Of a stretch of 46,856 nucleotides of DNA, positions 9,550 to 19,242 are shown piece after piece. The translations under genes were made by a program, and so were the position numbers. Numbering within the stretch: the stretch's first letter is position 1; each line of letters begins with the position of its first letter. The DNA comes from Promethearchaeota archaeon (lineage in GTDB: Archaea; Asgardarchaeota; Lokiarchaeia; Sigyniarchaeales; SOKP01), in NCBI GenBank assembly GCA_016839745.1, contig JAEOTS010000131.1:1-46856 (forward strand), read 5' to 3'. Under the pieces are notes generated by a model. The model saw nothing but the letters and a program-made list of their open reading frames with translations, was not told the DNA's origin and did no database searches.

Positions 9550-10985
9550 TGGATGAAAAAGATTCTTTGATCTTTGAAAAAGGTAATAAGAAAGCTCAGA
9601 TCAATTTTATTCCCAAAATGGATATTGAATGCGATGAACTTAAAGATATTATTCCTAGTAATTTAATTCGAAATGAAATTCAGATTCCAGATATCCCTGA
9701 AGTGGAGATTGTTCGCCACTATGTTAAATTAAGTAAAATAAATTACGGTGTCGATTCAGGTATTTACCCATTGGGCTCTTGTACGATGAAATATAATCCT
9801 AAAATCAACGAACATATAGCTCGATTAGCGGAATTTTCACAAATTCATCCTCTTCAAGAAGAAAGGGAAGGTGCTCTACAACTATTACATTATATTTCTA
9901 AGATTTTAGGTGAAATAACAGGCATGGACGGGTTTACACTACAACCCGCAGCTGGAGCGCATGGAGAACTAGTCGGATTGTTAATAATGAAGAAGTTCTT
10001 TGAGACTAAAGGAGTAGTAAAGAATAAGATTATTGTTCCCGATTCTGCCCATGGAACTAATCCCGCATCGGCTAAAATGGCAGGATTTTCGATAATTGAA
10101 TTACAATCAAATAAATACGGAGAGGTTCCTTTAGATCATCTTGAATTTGCAATGCAACAAGGAGACGTAGCAGGAATAATGCTTACAAATCCCAATACAT
10201 TAGGTGTTTTTGATAGACAAATTAAAGATATAACTAAAATCGTCCATAAATACGGTGGATTATGTTATTACGATGGAGCAAATTTAAATCCCATGTTAGG
10301 AATTTGTCGCCCAAGAGATATGGGTTTCGATATAGTCCATTTAAATTTGCATAAAACTTTTTCGACTCCTCATGGAGGAGGAGGTCCTGGTTCAGGACCT
10401 GTAGGGGTTACAAATGAATTGATCCCATTTCTCCCCATACCTTGCATCATATCAACTGAAAATGGTATTGTGTGTAACCATGACAGTAATCACTCCATAG
10501 GGAGAATTAAAGCTTTTTGGGGCAATTTTGGGATAATACTACGAGCTTATGTATATATTCTTTCGTTAGGCGCCGAAGGGTTGAAAAGCGTTGGGCAAAT
10601 AGCAGTGTTAAATGCAAATTATCTTAGAATTCAACTACAAAAAAAATATAATCTTCCGTTTAACCGAATGTGTCAACACGAATTTGTCTTATCAGATAAA
10701 GATATGCCAAACGAGATTAACACTGAAGATATTGCTAAAAGAATACTAGATTATGGTTATTATGCTCCAACAATTTACTTCCCGTTAATCGTAAATGGAG
10801 CCTTGATGGTTGAACCAACTGAAACAGAATCCAAGAGTTCTTTAGATAATTTTGTTGAAGTTATGTTTAAGATTTACGATGAAGCGTTAAACCAGCCTGA
10901 AAAATTGAAAAATGCGCCACTGAATACTCCTGTCGGGCGATTAGACGCTGTCACTGCAGCAAGAAATCCAGTGTTAAAGGATTAA
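9549..10985 (+). CDS. gcvPB: Glycine dehydrogenase (decarboxylating) subunit 2
   Basis: YPLGSCTMKYNP, SAHGTNPAS, PLP-Lys motif HLNLHKTFSTPHGGGGPG, EPTETES; start overlaps the gcvPA stop (TAATG). Confidence 0.96.
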   Translation: MDEKDSLIFEKGNKKAQINFIPKMDIECDELKDIIPSNLIRNEIQIPDIPEVEIVRHYVKLSKINYGVDSGIYPLGSCTMKYNPKINEHIARLAEFSQIHPLQEEREGALQLLHYISKILGEITGMDGFTLQPAAGAHGELVGLLIMKKFFETKGVVKNKIIVPDSAHGTNPASAKMAGFSIIELQSNKYGEVPLDHLEFAMQQGDVAGIMLTNPNTLGVFDRQIKDITKIVHKYGGLCYYDGANLNPMLGICRPRDMGFDIVHLNLHKTFSTPHGGGGPGSGPVGVTNELIPFLPIPCIISTENGIVCNHDSNHSIGRIKAFWGNFGIILRAYVYILSLGAEGLKSVGQIAVLNANYLRIQLQKKYNLPFNRMCQHEFVLSDKDMPNEINTEDIAKRILDYGYYAPTIYFPLIVNGALMVEPTETESKSSLDNFVEVMFKIYDEALNQPEKLKNAPLNTPVGRLDAVTAARNPVLKD

Positions 10986-11012
10986 TAATAATAGAAGTAA
11001 AATTTACTTCTA

Positions 11013-11876
11013 CTATAATAGAGCGTCTGTAAGAGAGTGGTGACAAAGACAATCTCTTTTAATGTCGATTTTTTGAATAGTTAATTCAAGCAACTTCTTT
11101 AAATTTTCAGCACTTTTAACCATCGTTTCTAAAACTTCTGGTACATTAACAGATAACTTATTTACGGTTCCACCACACTTTTCGCATCTTTGAGCAAATT
11201 CAACAATACCGCATTCTGAGCATTCACCGGCCCAAACATCCAAATCAGTGACCATCGCAATACAGCAATAACAAATTTCTTTTTCTGCTGAGAGAACAAC
11301 TTCGGGGTAATTAGTCATTCCTACTACGTCCCCTCCCCATTGGCGAAACATTTTTGATTCTGCTCTTGTCGAAAACCTTGGACCTTCAATACAGATGTAA
11401 ACTCCTCCATTTTGAATATCAAACTCTAAATCTTTTCCAGTTTCAAAGAAAAGTTTATTTAAATATTCACAGTATGGATCAGCTTGTCCAATATGACATA
11501 ACTGACCACCCTCATAAAAAGTTTCAGCTCTTTTTTTAGTTCTATCTATATATTGGTCTATCAAGATAAATTTCCCTTTACTATGCGTTTTATTTAGCGA
11601 TCCTACAGCAGATGGAGATATAATGAATTTCGTACCAATTTTTTTCAAAGCCCAAATATTTGCTCTGAAATTTATTTTATTAGGAGGAATTGAATGATCT
11701 ATGCCATGCCGAGGAATATAAGCAACTTTTTTCCCCTTAAAATCACCTATGGATATTGCTGCTGAGGTACTACCATAAGGGGTATAGATTTTTATTTTTT
11801 CTACATTATCTAGAGTGATATCAGAACCTGTCCCTCCTATTATTGCCAAATCAACCAGCCTTTCTTTATCTTTCAT
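11013..11876 (-). CDS. mtnP: S-methyl-5'-thioadenosine phosphorylase paralogue with Zn-ribbon insertion
   Basis: IIGGTG, PRHG..H, NFRANIWAL, SAVGSL, EGPRFSTRAES, VGMT, VTDLD followed by CSECG...CEKCG insert. ATG at 11876; the ORF track extends to 11882. Confidence 0.88.
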   Translation of the reverse strand: MKDKERLVDLAIIGGTGSDITLDNVEKIKIYTPYGSTSAAISIGDFKGKKVAYIPRHGIDHSIPPNKINFRANIWALKKIGTKFIISPSAVGSLNKTHSKGKFILIDQYIDRTKKRAETFYEGGQLCHIGQADPYCEYLNKLFFETGKDLEFDIQNGGVYICIEGPRFSTRAESKMFRQWGGDVVGMTNYPEVVLSAEKEICYCCIAMVTDLDVWAGECSECGIVEFAQRCEKCGGTVNKLSVNVPEVLETMVKSAENLKKLLELTIQKIDIKRDCLCHHSLTDALL

Positions 11877-11982
11877 ATTCAATTCACATTGTTTTTATAT
11901 TATTAAAACAAAATAAAATAAAATTTGAGCAATTTTAAATATTATATAAATTATAATTTAAAAACTCTGCATAGTGTGTATA

Positions 11983-12732
11983 ATGGTTAAAATCGGAATA
12001 ATTGGCGGTTCTGGATTAGATAATCCAGACATTTTAAAAGATGTTAAAGAAGTAGAAGTTAGTACACCATATGGAAAACCAACTTCACCTCTAAAGTTAG
12101 GGAAGATTAATGATGTTGAAATTGTTCTCGTAGCAAGACATGGGAGAAACCACACTATTCCTCCAACGCAGGTAAATTATAGAGCTAACATTCAAGCATT
12201 GAAAGATCAAGGATGTACTCATATCTTAGCAACAACAGCTTGCGGTAGTTTGAGAGAAGAAATAGGAAGAGGCGATTTCATCATTATTGATCAGTTTATT
12301 GATTTTACAAGGCTGAGGAAAGTAAGTTTTTTTGATGAATTTCCACCGGGCGATGCTAAACATACTGCAATGGCTTACCCTTATTCGGAAGATTTAAGAA
12401 AGATTCTTATTGAAACTGCTAAGGAACTTAATCTCAAATATCATGAGAAAGGAACTGTTGTTACAATCGAAGGCCCTAGATTTTCAACTAGAGCAGAATC
12501 TGAAATGTTTAGGATATGGGGTGCTGATGTAATAAATATGAGTATAGCTCCTGAAACAATTTTAGCTAACGAAGCAGGAATTCCATATGCGGCTGTAGCT
12601 ATGTCTACAGATTATGACTGCTGGAAAGACGATGAAGCTCCTGTAACTTGGGACGAAATATTAGAAATTTTTGGTAAAAATGTAAATAATGTTATCGCTT
12701 TACTGACAAATGCGATAAAGAAAATAAAATAA
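11983..12732 (+). CDS. mtnP: S-methyl-5'-thioadenosine phosphorylase (eukaryote-like MTAP)
   Basis: VKIGIIGGSGLDNPDIL, ARHGRNHTIPP, TTACGSLREEI, EGPRFSTRAES, STDYDCW. ATG at 11983; the ORF track starts at GTG 11974. Confidence 0.93.
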   Translation: MVKIGIIGGSGLDNPDILKDVKEVEVSTPYGKPTSPLKLGKINDVEIVLVARHGRNHTIPPTQVNYRANIQALKDQGCTHILATTACGSLREEIGRGDFIIIDQFIDFTRLRKVSFFDEFPPGDAKHTAMAYPYSEDLRKILIETAKELNLKYHEKGTVVTIEGPRFSTRAESEMFRIWGADVINMSIAPETILANEAGIPYAAVAMSTDYDCWKDDEAPVTWDEILEIFGKNVNNVIALLTNAIKKIK

Positions 12733-12832
12733 CTTTTTCCTTTTTTTTAAAATAATCAGAAGATTGAAATTTTTTGAATTTTTATCCTAATCTAATCTGT
12801 TCGAAAATTTTTTTACCTAAAAGAAGATATCA

Positions 12833-14137
12833 ATGCCACTTATAAAATTCCTCGGGGGATGTAGAGAAGTAGGACGTTCAGCAGTTCTAATTGAGTCAAA
12901 AAATGGAGCACAATGTATTCTAGATTATGGTGTAAGATTTACAACTGAGGATAGGTTACCTTCCAACGGAAATATTGATAACCTTAAAGCTATTGCGTTA
13001 TCTCATTGCCACATAGATCATTCGGGAGGGTTACCATTATTATTTAAAAATAATGATGTTCCATTATTTACTAATCCGTTAACGCTAAGAATATCGGAAA
13101 TTTTACTAGAGGATATGATAAGAATCTCTAATTTTCCGTACCCATTTGGATATAGAGAATTACAAAAAACTAGAAAAAATGCGTTCTTCTTAAAAAATAA
13201 AGTGCGTCAGAAGATTGATGAAAATTTCTTTATTACATTTTTTAACGCGGGGCACATCCCGGGGAGTGTATCTGTATTAGTAGAAGTAGATAATAGTAGA
13301 ATTCTTTATACAGGTGACATTAATACTCAAGAAACGAATCTAATTTCTCCCGCTAATCCTAATGAGTTACCTGAAATTGATGCGTTAATTATAGAATCAA
13401 CTTATGCTCCAAGAGAACATCCCTTAAGATTAGACCTTGAAAAAAAATTTATTGATGATACTCTAAATATAATTGAAAACGGTGGAAATGTACTCGTCCC
13501 TGCCTTTGGTGTTGCCCGTTCACAAGAAATACTATTGATTTTAGAAAAATACAATTTTAAAAGCGATATATTCATTGATGGATTAGCTAGAAAAATTTTA
13601 ACTGAATACTCTCAATTCCCGGATTCATTTAAAGATTTCGCAAGATTTAACTCTGCTGTAAGAAAAGCTAAATTAGTCTCTAAAGAATGGAGAAAGAAAC
13701 TTAAAAAAGGAACTAAAGGTTTAATTATATCCCCCTCTGGCATGTTAAAAGGAGGAGCTGCTATTGAATATATTCCTACATTTTTAAACGATCCTAGCTC
13801 TGCGGTATTTCTGGTTGGATATCAAGTTGAAGGGACTCCAGGAAGAAAATTAATAGATGAAAGAATTTTCGAATTTAAAGAAGATAAAAAACGAAAATAC
13901 CAATCATATGACCTATCAATCAAAGCAAAGTGTAATATAGATTATTATGATTTTTCGAGTCATGCTGACAAAATTCACTTAAACAATTACATAAACGATA
14001 TAACATTTCGTAACGAGGCTAAATTTATCTTTTGTGTGCATGGTGATGAAAAATCAACAACTTCCTTCGCGAAAGATTTGACAAAAAGAGATTATATTTC
14101 GGTAGCACCTGAAACTGGAGAGACTTATAAGATATAG
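12833..14137 (+). CDS. Metallo-beta-lactamase/beta-CASP ribonuclease (aCPSF2-like, no KH domains)
   Basis: GGCREVGRS, HCHIDH, AGHIPGS, YTGD, IESTY, GYQVEGTPG, FSSHAD, VHGD. Confidence 0.9.
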   Translation: MPLIKFLGGCREVGRSAVLIESKNGAQCILDYGVRFTTEDRLPSNGNIDNLKAIALSHCHIDHSGGLPLLFKNNDVPLFTNPLTLRISEILLEDMIRISNFPYPFGYRELQKTRKNAFFLKNKVRQKIDENFFITFFNAGHIPGSVSVLVEVDNSRILYTGDINTQETNLISPANPNELPEIDALIIESTYAPREHPLRLDLEKKFIDDTLNIIENGGNVLVPAFGVARSQEILLILEKYNFKSDIFIDGLARKILTEYSQFPDSFKDFARFNSAVRKAKLVSKEWRKKLKKGTKGLIISPSGMLKGGAAIEYIPTFLNDPSSAVFLVGYQVEGTPGRKLIDERIFEFKEDKKRKYQSYDLSIKAKCNIDYYDFSSHADKIHLNNYINDITFRNEAKFIFCVHGDEKSTTSFAKDLTKRDYISVAPETGETYKI

Positions 14138-14161
14138 AAAATCAATGTTAACGCCTTAATT

Positions 14162-15679
14162 TTATTTTATTCCTAATTGTTTTTTAATTACTATGTTGCA
14201 ATTCTCTAAAAAGATATCAATTTTATCAATAGGTACTTTTGTACCTGCAGCTGGAGGGTGTCCTCCTCCTAATGCCTTAAGATTTGAAAGTTCCAAAGCT
14301 TCTCTAATTGCCTCTGAAAGATTTACGCCCTTTTTTACAATACTTTCATGTGCTCTCCCAGATATTTTATAAACCTCTTCATCTTTTCTTTTTGCGCACC
14401 CAAAAACAGGTTTTGATAGATCAATATCTCCGCTTTTGCTGAATATTAACATTGAAGCAATCGTACCAATTATATTCTCTGGGATGATATTTTCTCCAAA
14501 AAAGAATTGTATGTAATCTTTATACTGGATTTTATTTTTTTCTTGTAACCACGATAATGATTGAACTAAAGATTTTCTGTAATTTATTAGATGGTCTTTA
14601 GCTTTATTGTAAGCCATTCTTCTATCCCCCATTGCAATAGCAATTCCTAACGACCCATTATTACTCCTTCCACATGAGTTTAAAAGATAAGAAAATTCTT
14701 TTAAATCGTGTAACTCAGATCCAACTAATTCATTTTTTAGGATATACCTATTAATTATAAGTTTTTTTATAATTTCTGAGGGTTCAATGTCAAGTTTAAG
14801 AGATATGTATTCAATAATAGCTGAGGAAACCTTTTGTTTTTCGTCTTGATTAAGATCATTTAATGTTCTTATACCTCCCTCTGAATTTTCCATTAAAATC
14901 CCTAAAGATTGTAAAAATTTAAGCATTTTACTCGTATTTTCGCTTAATCCCGGTAGGTGAATATCACTCGAATACGAAATTGCTTCATTTAAAGGTTTAA
15001 TCGGAGAAAAGTTTAGGTCGTTTATTACTTCGACTAAATCTTTTGTAATAGCGTGCTCTAAAATTGTAGAGTTTAATCCAATAAAAGAATTATTAGGACC
15101 TTGACTTTGAATATCGCCAGTAGCTCCTACTAGCGCAATAGTAGATAAATCGATATTTTTCTCGTTTAACATTTTTGCAAAAAAATAACAGACTCCCGCA
15201 CCAGATATTTCTCTACTACCATCAACATCGTAAAAATACGGATTGATATGCCAAGGTCTTGAATTTATGTAAATCTCTTTAATATTCTCGTCATCTTTAG
15301 TTGATATATTTTGCGGTAGATGGTGATCTAAAATAAGGAAAGGATTATTCCCATCTTTGGTATTCAATTTTTGAATAAGTTCTAAATATTGCCCGCTTCC
15401 AAAATCAGAAAATATCAAAAAACTCTTAGTATCCTGAGTTTCATTTACTATTTTAACGATTTCTTCTCTTTCTAACTGTCTTAAAACAGAAATCTGAAAA
15501 GGAATGTTTTCTCGATAAAAAGCTTTCCCAAGAATTGCTCCAGATGATAAACCATCTGCATCTAGATGAGTATAAATATGAACAGAGGTTCCTAATTCTT
15601 GTAAACATTCTAAAAACCATTTTTTCGTCTCAGATAGATCAGAATTGAGTAGTTTAAGGCTTCTATTTATACTATTCAT
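14162..15679 (-). CDS. RecJ/Cdc45-like (GAN-type) DHH-DHHA1 nuclease
   Basis: HLDADG, SDFGS, LDHH, HINP, GATGD, NSCGR, GGGHPPAAG; long helical insertion between DHH and DHHA1 typical of archaeal RecJ/Cdc45. Confidence 0.88.
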   Translation of the reverse strand: MNSINRSLKLLNSDLSETKKWFLECLQELGTSVHIYTHLDADGLSSGAILGKAFYRENIPFQISVLRQLEREEIVKIVNETQDTKSFLIFSDFGSGQYLELIQKLNTKDGNNPFLILDHHLPQNISTKDDENIKEIYINSRPWHINPYFYDVDGSREISGAGVCYFFAKMLNEKNIDLSTIALVGATGDIQSQGPNNSFIGLNSTILEHAITKDLVEVINDLNFSPIKPLNEAISYSSDIHLPGLSENTSKMLKFLQSLGILMENSEGGIRTLNDLNQDEKQKVSSAIIEYISLKLDIEPSEIIKKLIINRYILKNELVGSELHDLKEFSYLLNSCGRSNNGSLGIAIAMGDRRMAYNKAKDHLINYRKSLVQSLSWLQEKNKIQYKDYIQFFFGENIIPENIIGTIASMLIFSKSGDIDLSKPVFGCAKRKDEEVYKISGRAHESIVKKGVNLSEAIREALELSNLKALGGGHPPAAGTKVPIDKIDIFLENCNIVIKKQLGIK

Positions 15680-15774
15680 TTTTTTTAATAAATTTAAAAT
15701 AAACTTAATGTTAATAATTTAAATTTAAATTAAAATAAGAATTTAATATTAAATACTCAATTAAAAAAAAATGC

Positions 15775-16782
15775 GTGAAAAATATGACTCACCACATTAA
15801 AATTAACGAGTTAGCTTTAAAGCTTGTTCAAAATATAATAGAACGGAAAGAATATTATGAAGCTGAAATATTAAAATACGATAATGGAGCTACAGTTTTA
15901 GATATGACAAACGCTTCGTGGGGTGGTGGAAAATTAGTAGGCGAAATTTGTATGGGGGGATTAGGAACAATTGACTTTGCTTCTTATGATTTAGATGGTC
16001 ATTACTTACCAAGTGTTACTGTTTATACTTCCCATCCTTTAATCTCTTGCATGGCATCTCAACTCGCGGGATGGAATGTAAAATTAAAGAAAGAAGTCGA
16101 AAAAGATGGTGTAATGAAAAAAAAGAAAGTTTTTGAATCTTTAGGATCAGGACCCGCTAGAGCTAAGAGTAAAGTTGAAAAATTATTCGACGAACTTAAC
16201 TATAATGATGATTCTGATTGTGCTGTTATCGTTTTTGAGACTCCAAAATTACCTAACGAAGAAGTGATGACATTAGTGGCTGAAAAATGTGGAGTGGCAC
16301 CAAACAAGACTTATGCTGTCTGTGCACCAACTGCAAGCTTAACTGGGTCTATTCAAGTTGCGGCGCGAATTGTCGAAACAGGAATTCATAAGTTACACGA
16401 AATAAAATTTCCGTTAGATGTTATTAAGGATGGATTTGGGACCGCTACTATCGCTCCTATTGCCAAAGATGATTTAGGAGCAATGGGTCGAACAAATGAC
16501 TCAATTAGCGCTGCAGGTATGACATATTACACTATCGAGGTTGAAAAAGACAAACAAGATGAAATTTTTAATCTCTTGAAAAAAGCTCCTGCAAATACTT
16601 CATCTAGTTATGGTAAACCTTTCATAGAAACATTTGAAGCAGCTAATTATGATTTTTACGCAATTGATCCAGGATTGTTTGCCCCAGCGGTATATACAGT
16701 GACAAATATAAAAACAGGAAAAAGCGTCACTGTCGGAGAAATTAACCATACGCTACTAAAAGAATCTTACAAGTTAAATTAG
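15775..16782 (+). CDS. mch: Methenyl-H4MPT cyclohydrolase
   Basis: EICMGGLG, CMASQLAGW, GSGPARA, PTASLTGSIQVAARIVETG, MGRTND, FYAIDPGLFAPA. Confidence 0.96.
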   Translation: MKNMTHHIKINELALKLVQNIIERKEYYEAEILKYDNGATVLDMTNASWGGGKLVGEICMGGLGTIDFASYDLDGHYLPSVTVYTSHPLISCMASQLAGWNVKLKKEVEKDGVMKKKKVFESLGSGPARAKSKVEKLFDELNYNDDSDCAVIVFETPKLPNEEVMTLVAEKCGVAPNKTYAVCAPTASLTGSIQVAARIVETGIHKLHEIKFPLDVIKDGFGTATIAPIAKDDLGAMGRTNDSISAAGMTYYTIEVEKDKQDEIFNLLKKAPANTSSSYGKPFIETFEAANYDFYAIDPGLFAPAVYTVTNIKTGKSVTVGEINHTLLKESYKLN

Positions 16783-16836
16783 AAGTTATTAACTCTTACT
16801 TCCTCATTTACTATTTCTTAAAAATTATATCTAGTT

Positions 16837-17988
16837 TTAAAAATTAGTTAATTCTTCTTGATATTTGAGAATTTCTGCATCAGAAATATCTCTATCAACA
16901 GTAATTTGTTTTTGGACACCTAAGTAAGCACAGGCGATTTTAGCAGCAGCAGCAATTTCTGCTTTTTTTAATGTCAGGGAATATTCATCAATTGATTGTA
17001 CTGATCCATTGTTTAGTGAATCATCATACCTCAAATTGTCATAATTTTTTTTATCCTGCAATTGAAGAGATCTTTCAGATTTCATTTTAAACAATAAAGA
17101 ACCCATCTTATCAGCAACATTAAAAGGTAAATTGTTTTTATCTATTAGTCTGATAATATTATTGATGTCAAAATAATTTAAAGTGTCATACTTAACCCTT
17201 AAAAAACTTTTAAGGTTGTCAGAATTTGTTTGGCACTCAATCTCAGTCCAATCGTGAATTGCTAATCTTCTTCTAAAAAAGATATATTCCCAATCAATTC
17301 CTAACTCTTTTATAAACCCAAGTAACTTATCATCATTTGGTTTTCTTGATTCTATTATGATGAATAATTGCAAGCCATAGTATTTATGTTCTTGTTGGAG
17401 AAAATAACCTCGCTGTTGCATTGAGGCAAGTATCATAATTTTAACTGAATAAATATTATCAGAAACATCTCTTTTCTCGCACTTTAAATAAATGACGTTT
17501 CCTTCTTCGCTTATATATTCACTATCTAGAAAACCTAAGATGCTATCATTATTTTCTTTAATAAAGTCTCTCAAACCACTTAAAGTCGGTTTTACGTCAA
17601 ATTTTATTAAATCTTTCTCTCTGATAGTAACATAATCATTATTACTTCCTCCAACAGCAAGTTTAATGGAACGCAACTTTAACTCTTTTTCCTCTCCAAA
17701 CGTATTTTTAAAAGCATCTATCAAAGGGAAAATTTCTACTTCTAATATATTAAGATTAGCCATTGAACTTTCAAAAGGTTGAGGACTTTCTAATATTGTA
17801 TTTAATACAGGTGCTTCTGAAGAATCTACTTCAATTTCATAATCTTTAGCTAAATTCTTACGAATTACACAGACCGATCTCCTTTTTTCATTATACATAG
17901 AAAGAGACGTAGAACTGTCAATAACCGCACGAAATTCTTCAATGAATCTCTCATCAGAACCTTTAGATTTAAGCTTTCTTTTTGCCAT
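16837..17988 (-). CDS. Hypothetical soluble protein (383 aa)
   Basis: Long ORF with normal composition; no family motif recognised. Confidence 0.8.
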   Translation of the reverse strand: MAKRKLKSKGSDERFIEEFRAVIDSSTSLSMYNEKRRSVCVIRKNLAKDYEIEVDSSEAPVLNTILESPQPFESSMANLNILEVEIFPLIDAFKNTFGEEKELKLRSIKLAVGGSNNDYVTIREKDLIKFDVKPTLSGLRDFIKENNDSILGFLDSEYISEEGNVIYLKCEKRDVSDNIYSVKIMILASMQQRGYFLQQEHKYYGLQLFIIIESRKPNDDKLLGFIKELGIDWEYIFFRRRLAIHDWTEIECQTNSDNLKSFLRVKYDTLNYFDINNIIRLIDKNNLPFNVADKMGSLLFKMKSERSLQLQDKKNYDNLRYDDSLNNGSVQSIDEYSLTLKKAEIAAAAKIACAYLGVQKQITVDRDISDAEILKYQEELTNF

Positions 17989-18247
17989 AAACTCAGTTAA
18001 AATTTTGAATAAATTTAATTCTTTCTCTGTTGATATAAAAAAATGACAATCTTATAATTTTATGTCTTTTAGTTTATGTTTCTCATTTAATAATCTAATA
18101 TCTTATAAAAATTAAAATAAAGATGAAATTTATCGTTTCTTGTGGTTTTAAATCGAATTTAATTCAAATCCATCACTACTTAAATTCTATTTAAAGTTAA
18201 AATTTTATAATTGACAAAGCAAATTAGACTCAATTAAGATTCTGAAA

Positions 18248-18442
18248 TTAATCTAATTCTGTTTCTAGGTAATAATTGTCGTCCTTTTTGTAATATATTA
18301 CCGTAGAACCAAAGTTATTACGTACTGTATATTTCTCTCCTTCGATATCTAATAATTCAATCGAATAAGGCAACCTTCTATTTTGTAAAATTTCCTCAAC
18401 GACTCTTTTCTCTTCAACAGGATCCATATCATTATTTATCAA
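18248..18442 (-). CDS. Small hypothetical protein (about 59-64 aa)
   Basis: Protein-like composition (helix followed by beta strands), same strand and just downstream of the flavin-binding gene; true start may be the internal ATG (MDPVEE). Confidence 0.6.
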   Translation of the reverse strand: MINNDMDPVEEKRVVEEILQNRRLPYSIELLDIEGEKYTVRNNFGSTVIYYKKDDNYYLETELD

Positions 18443-18498
18443 GCAAATAAAAAAAATTTTATGATTCTATTAATTTCTATTATGATTTTATAAAACTT

Positions 18499-18993
18499 CT
18501 ATTCTGAGGCTTTCCCTGTAACCTTCTTAATATCCAATCTCATAATACATGTGTCGACATAACTTTTTTCATTTTTAAAAAATCTCTTTTTCATTTTACT
18601 TGGATTTTCTTCTAAATGGTTTAAAAGTACGTCAAAACCGTGCTTTTTTTCTTCTAAATCTTTTATAATTACCATTTCCCCCCAAAATACAATAGACCGA
18701 TATTTATGTGAACAAGCACCCCTAATGTAGCCTAAATCTTCGATGATTGTACCGCATACCTTAGGATTTTCCTTTAGAATATCAAGCTTTAACCCCAAAT
18801 TCGTGCTGTGAAAGTATAAAGTATTTTGCTCCTCGTCAAAACCATAGCTTAAAGTAATAATATAAGGTTCGTCCATTTTACACATTGAAATTGTTACATA
18901 CTTGCCCTTCTTCAAAATTTGTTCTATACTGTTTTTGTCTGTTATTTCTCTTTCTTTTTTTTGCATATGGTAACTCTGCATAAATTTTTCCAC
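18499..18993 (-). CDS. Pyridoxamine 5'-phosphate oxidase-like / NimA-family flavin-nucleotide-binding protein
   Basis: KKEREITD, EPYIITLSYG, LYFHS...GLKLDIL..NPKVC, YRSIVFWG, C-terminal TGKAS. Start codon uncertain. Confidence 0.88.
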   Translation of the reverse strand: MEKFMQSYHMQKKEREITDKNSIEQILKKGKYVTISMCKMDEPYIITLSYGFDEEQNTLYFHSTNLGLKLDILKENPKVCGTIIEDLGYIRGACSHKYRSIVFWGEMVIIKDLEEKKHGFDVLLNHLEENPSKMKKRFFKNEKSYVDTCIMRLDIKKVTGKASE

Positions 18994-19242
18994 CTAAATA
19001 CTTGAGGTATATATTAAAAATAACTATGACTAAAAGTGGGTATTTATGATAATTCTTCTGGATATTACTTCGATATTTAAAAAAATAAAATAAAATCAAA
19101 ATAATTACTTATAAAATTAACCATTTTAACGATTTTATTAAGAAACCGTGAAAATTTTAATAAAAGAAACAGTTTAAAAACCTAGATATATGTCTATATA
19201 TATATAATATTATTAATAATATTTTTTCTTGGGACTCAGACT

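Noticed and set aside
12833-15679. beta-CASP nuclease plus DHH nuclease as a defence pair
   Set aside because: Both match standard archaeal housekeeping families (aCPSF2-like RNase; RecJ/Cdc45-GAN) and are convergent, not operonic.
19185-19220. TA-dinucleotide run upstream of the GT4 gene
   Set aside because: Short and consistent with an AT-rich promoter/TATA region; no evidence of a functional microsatellite.
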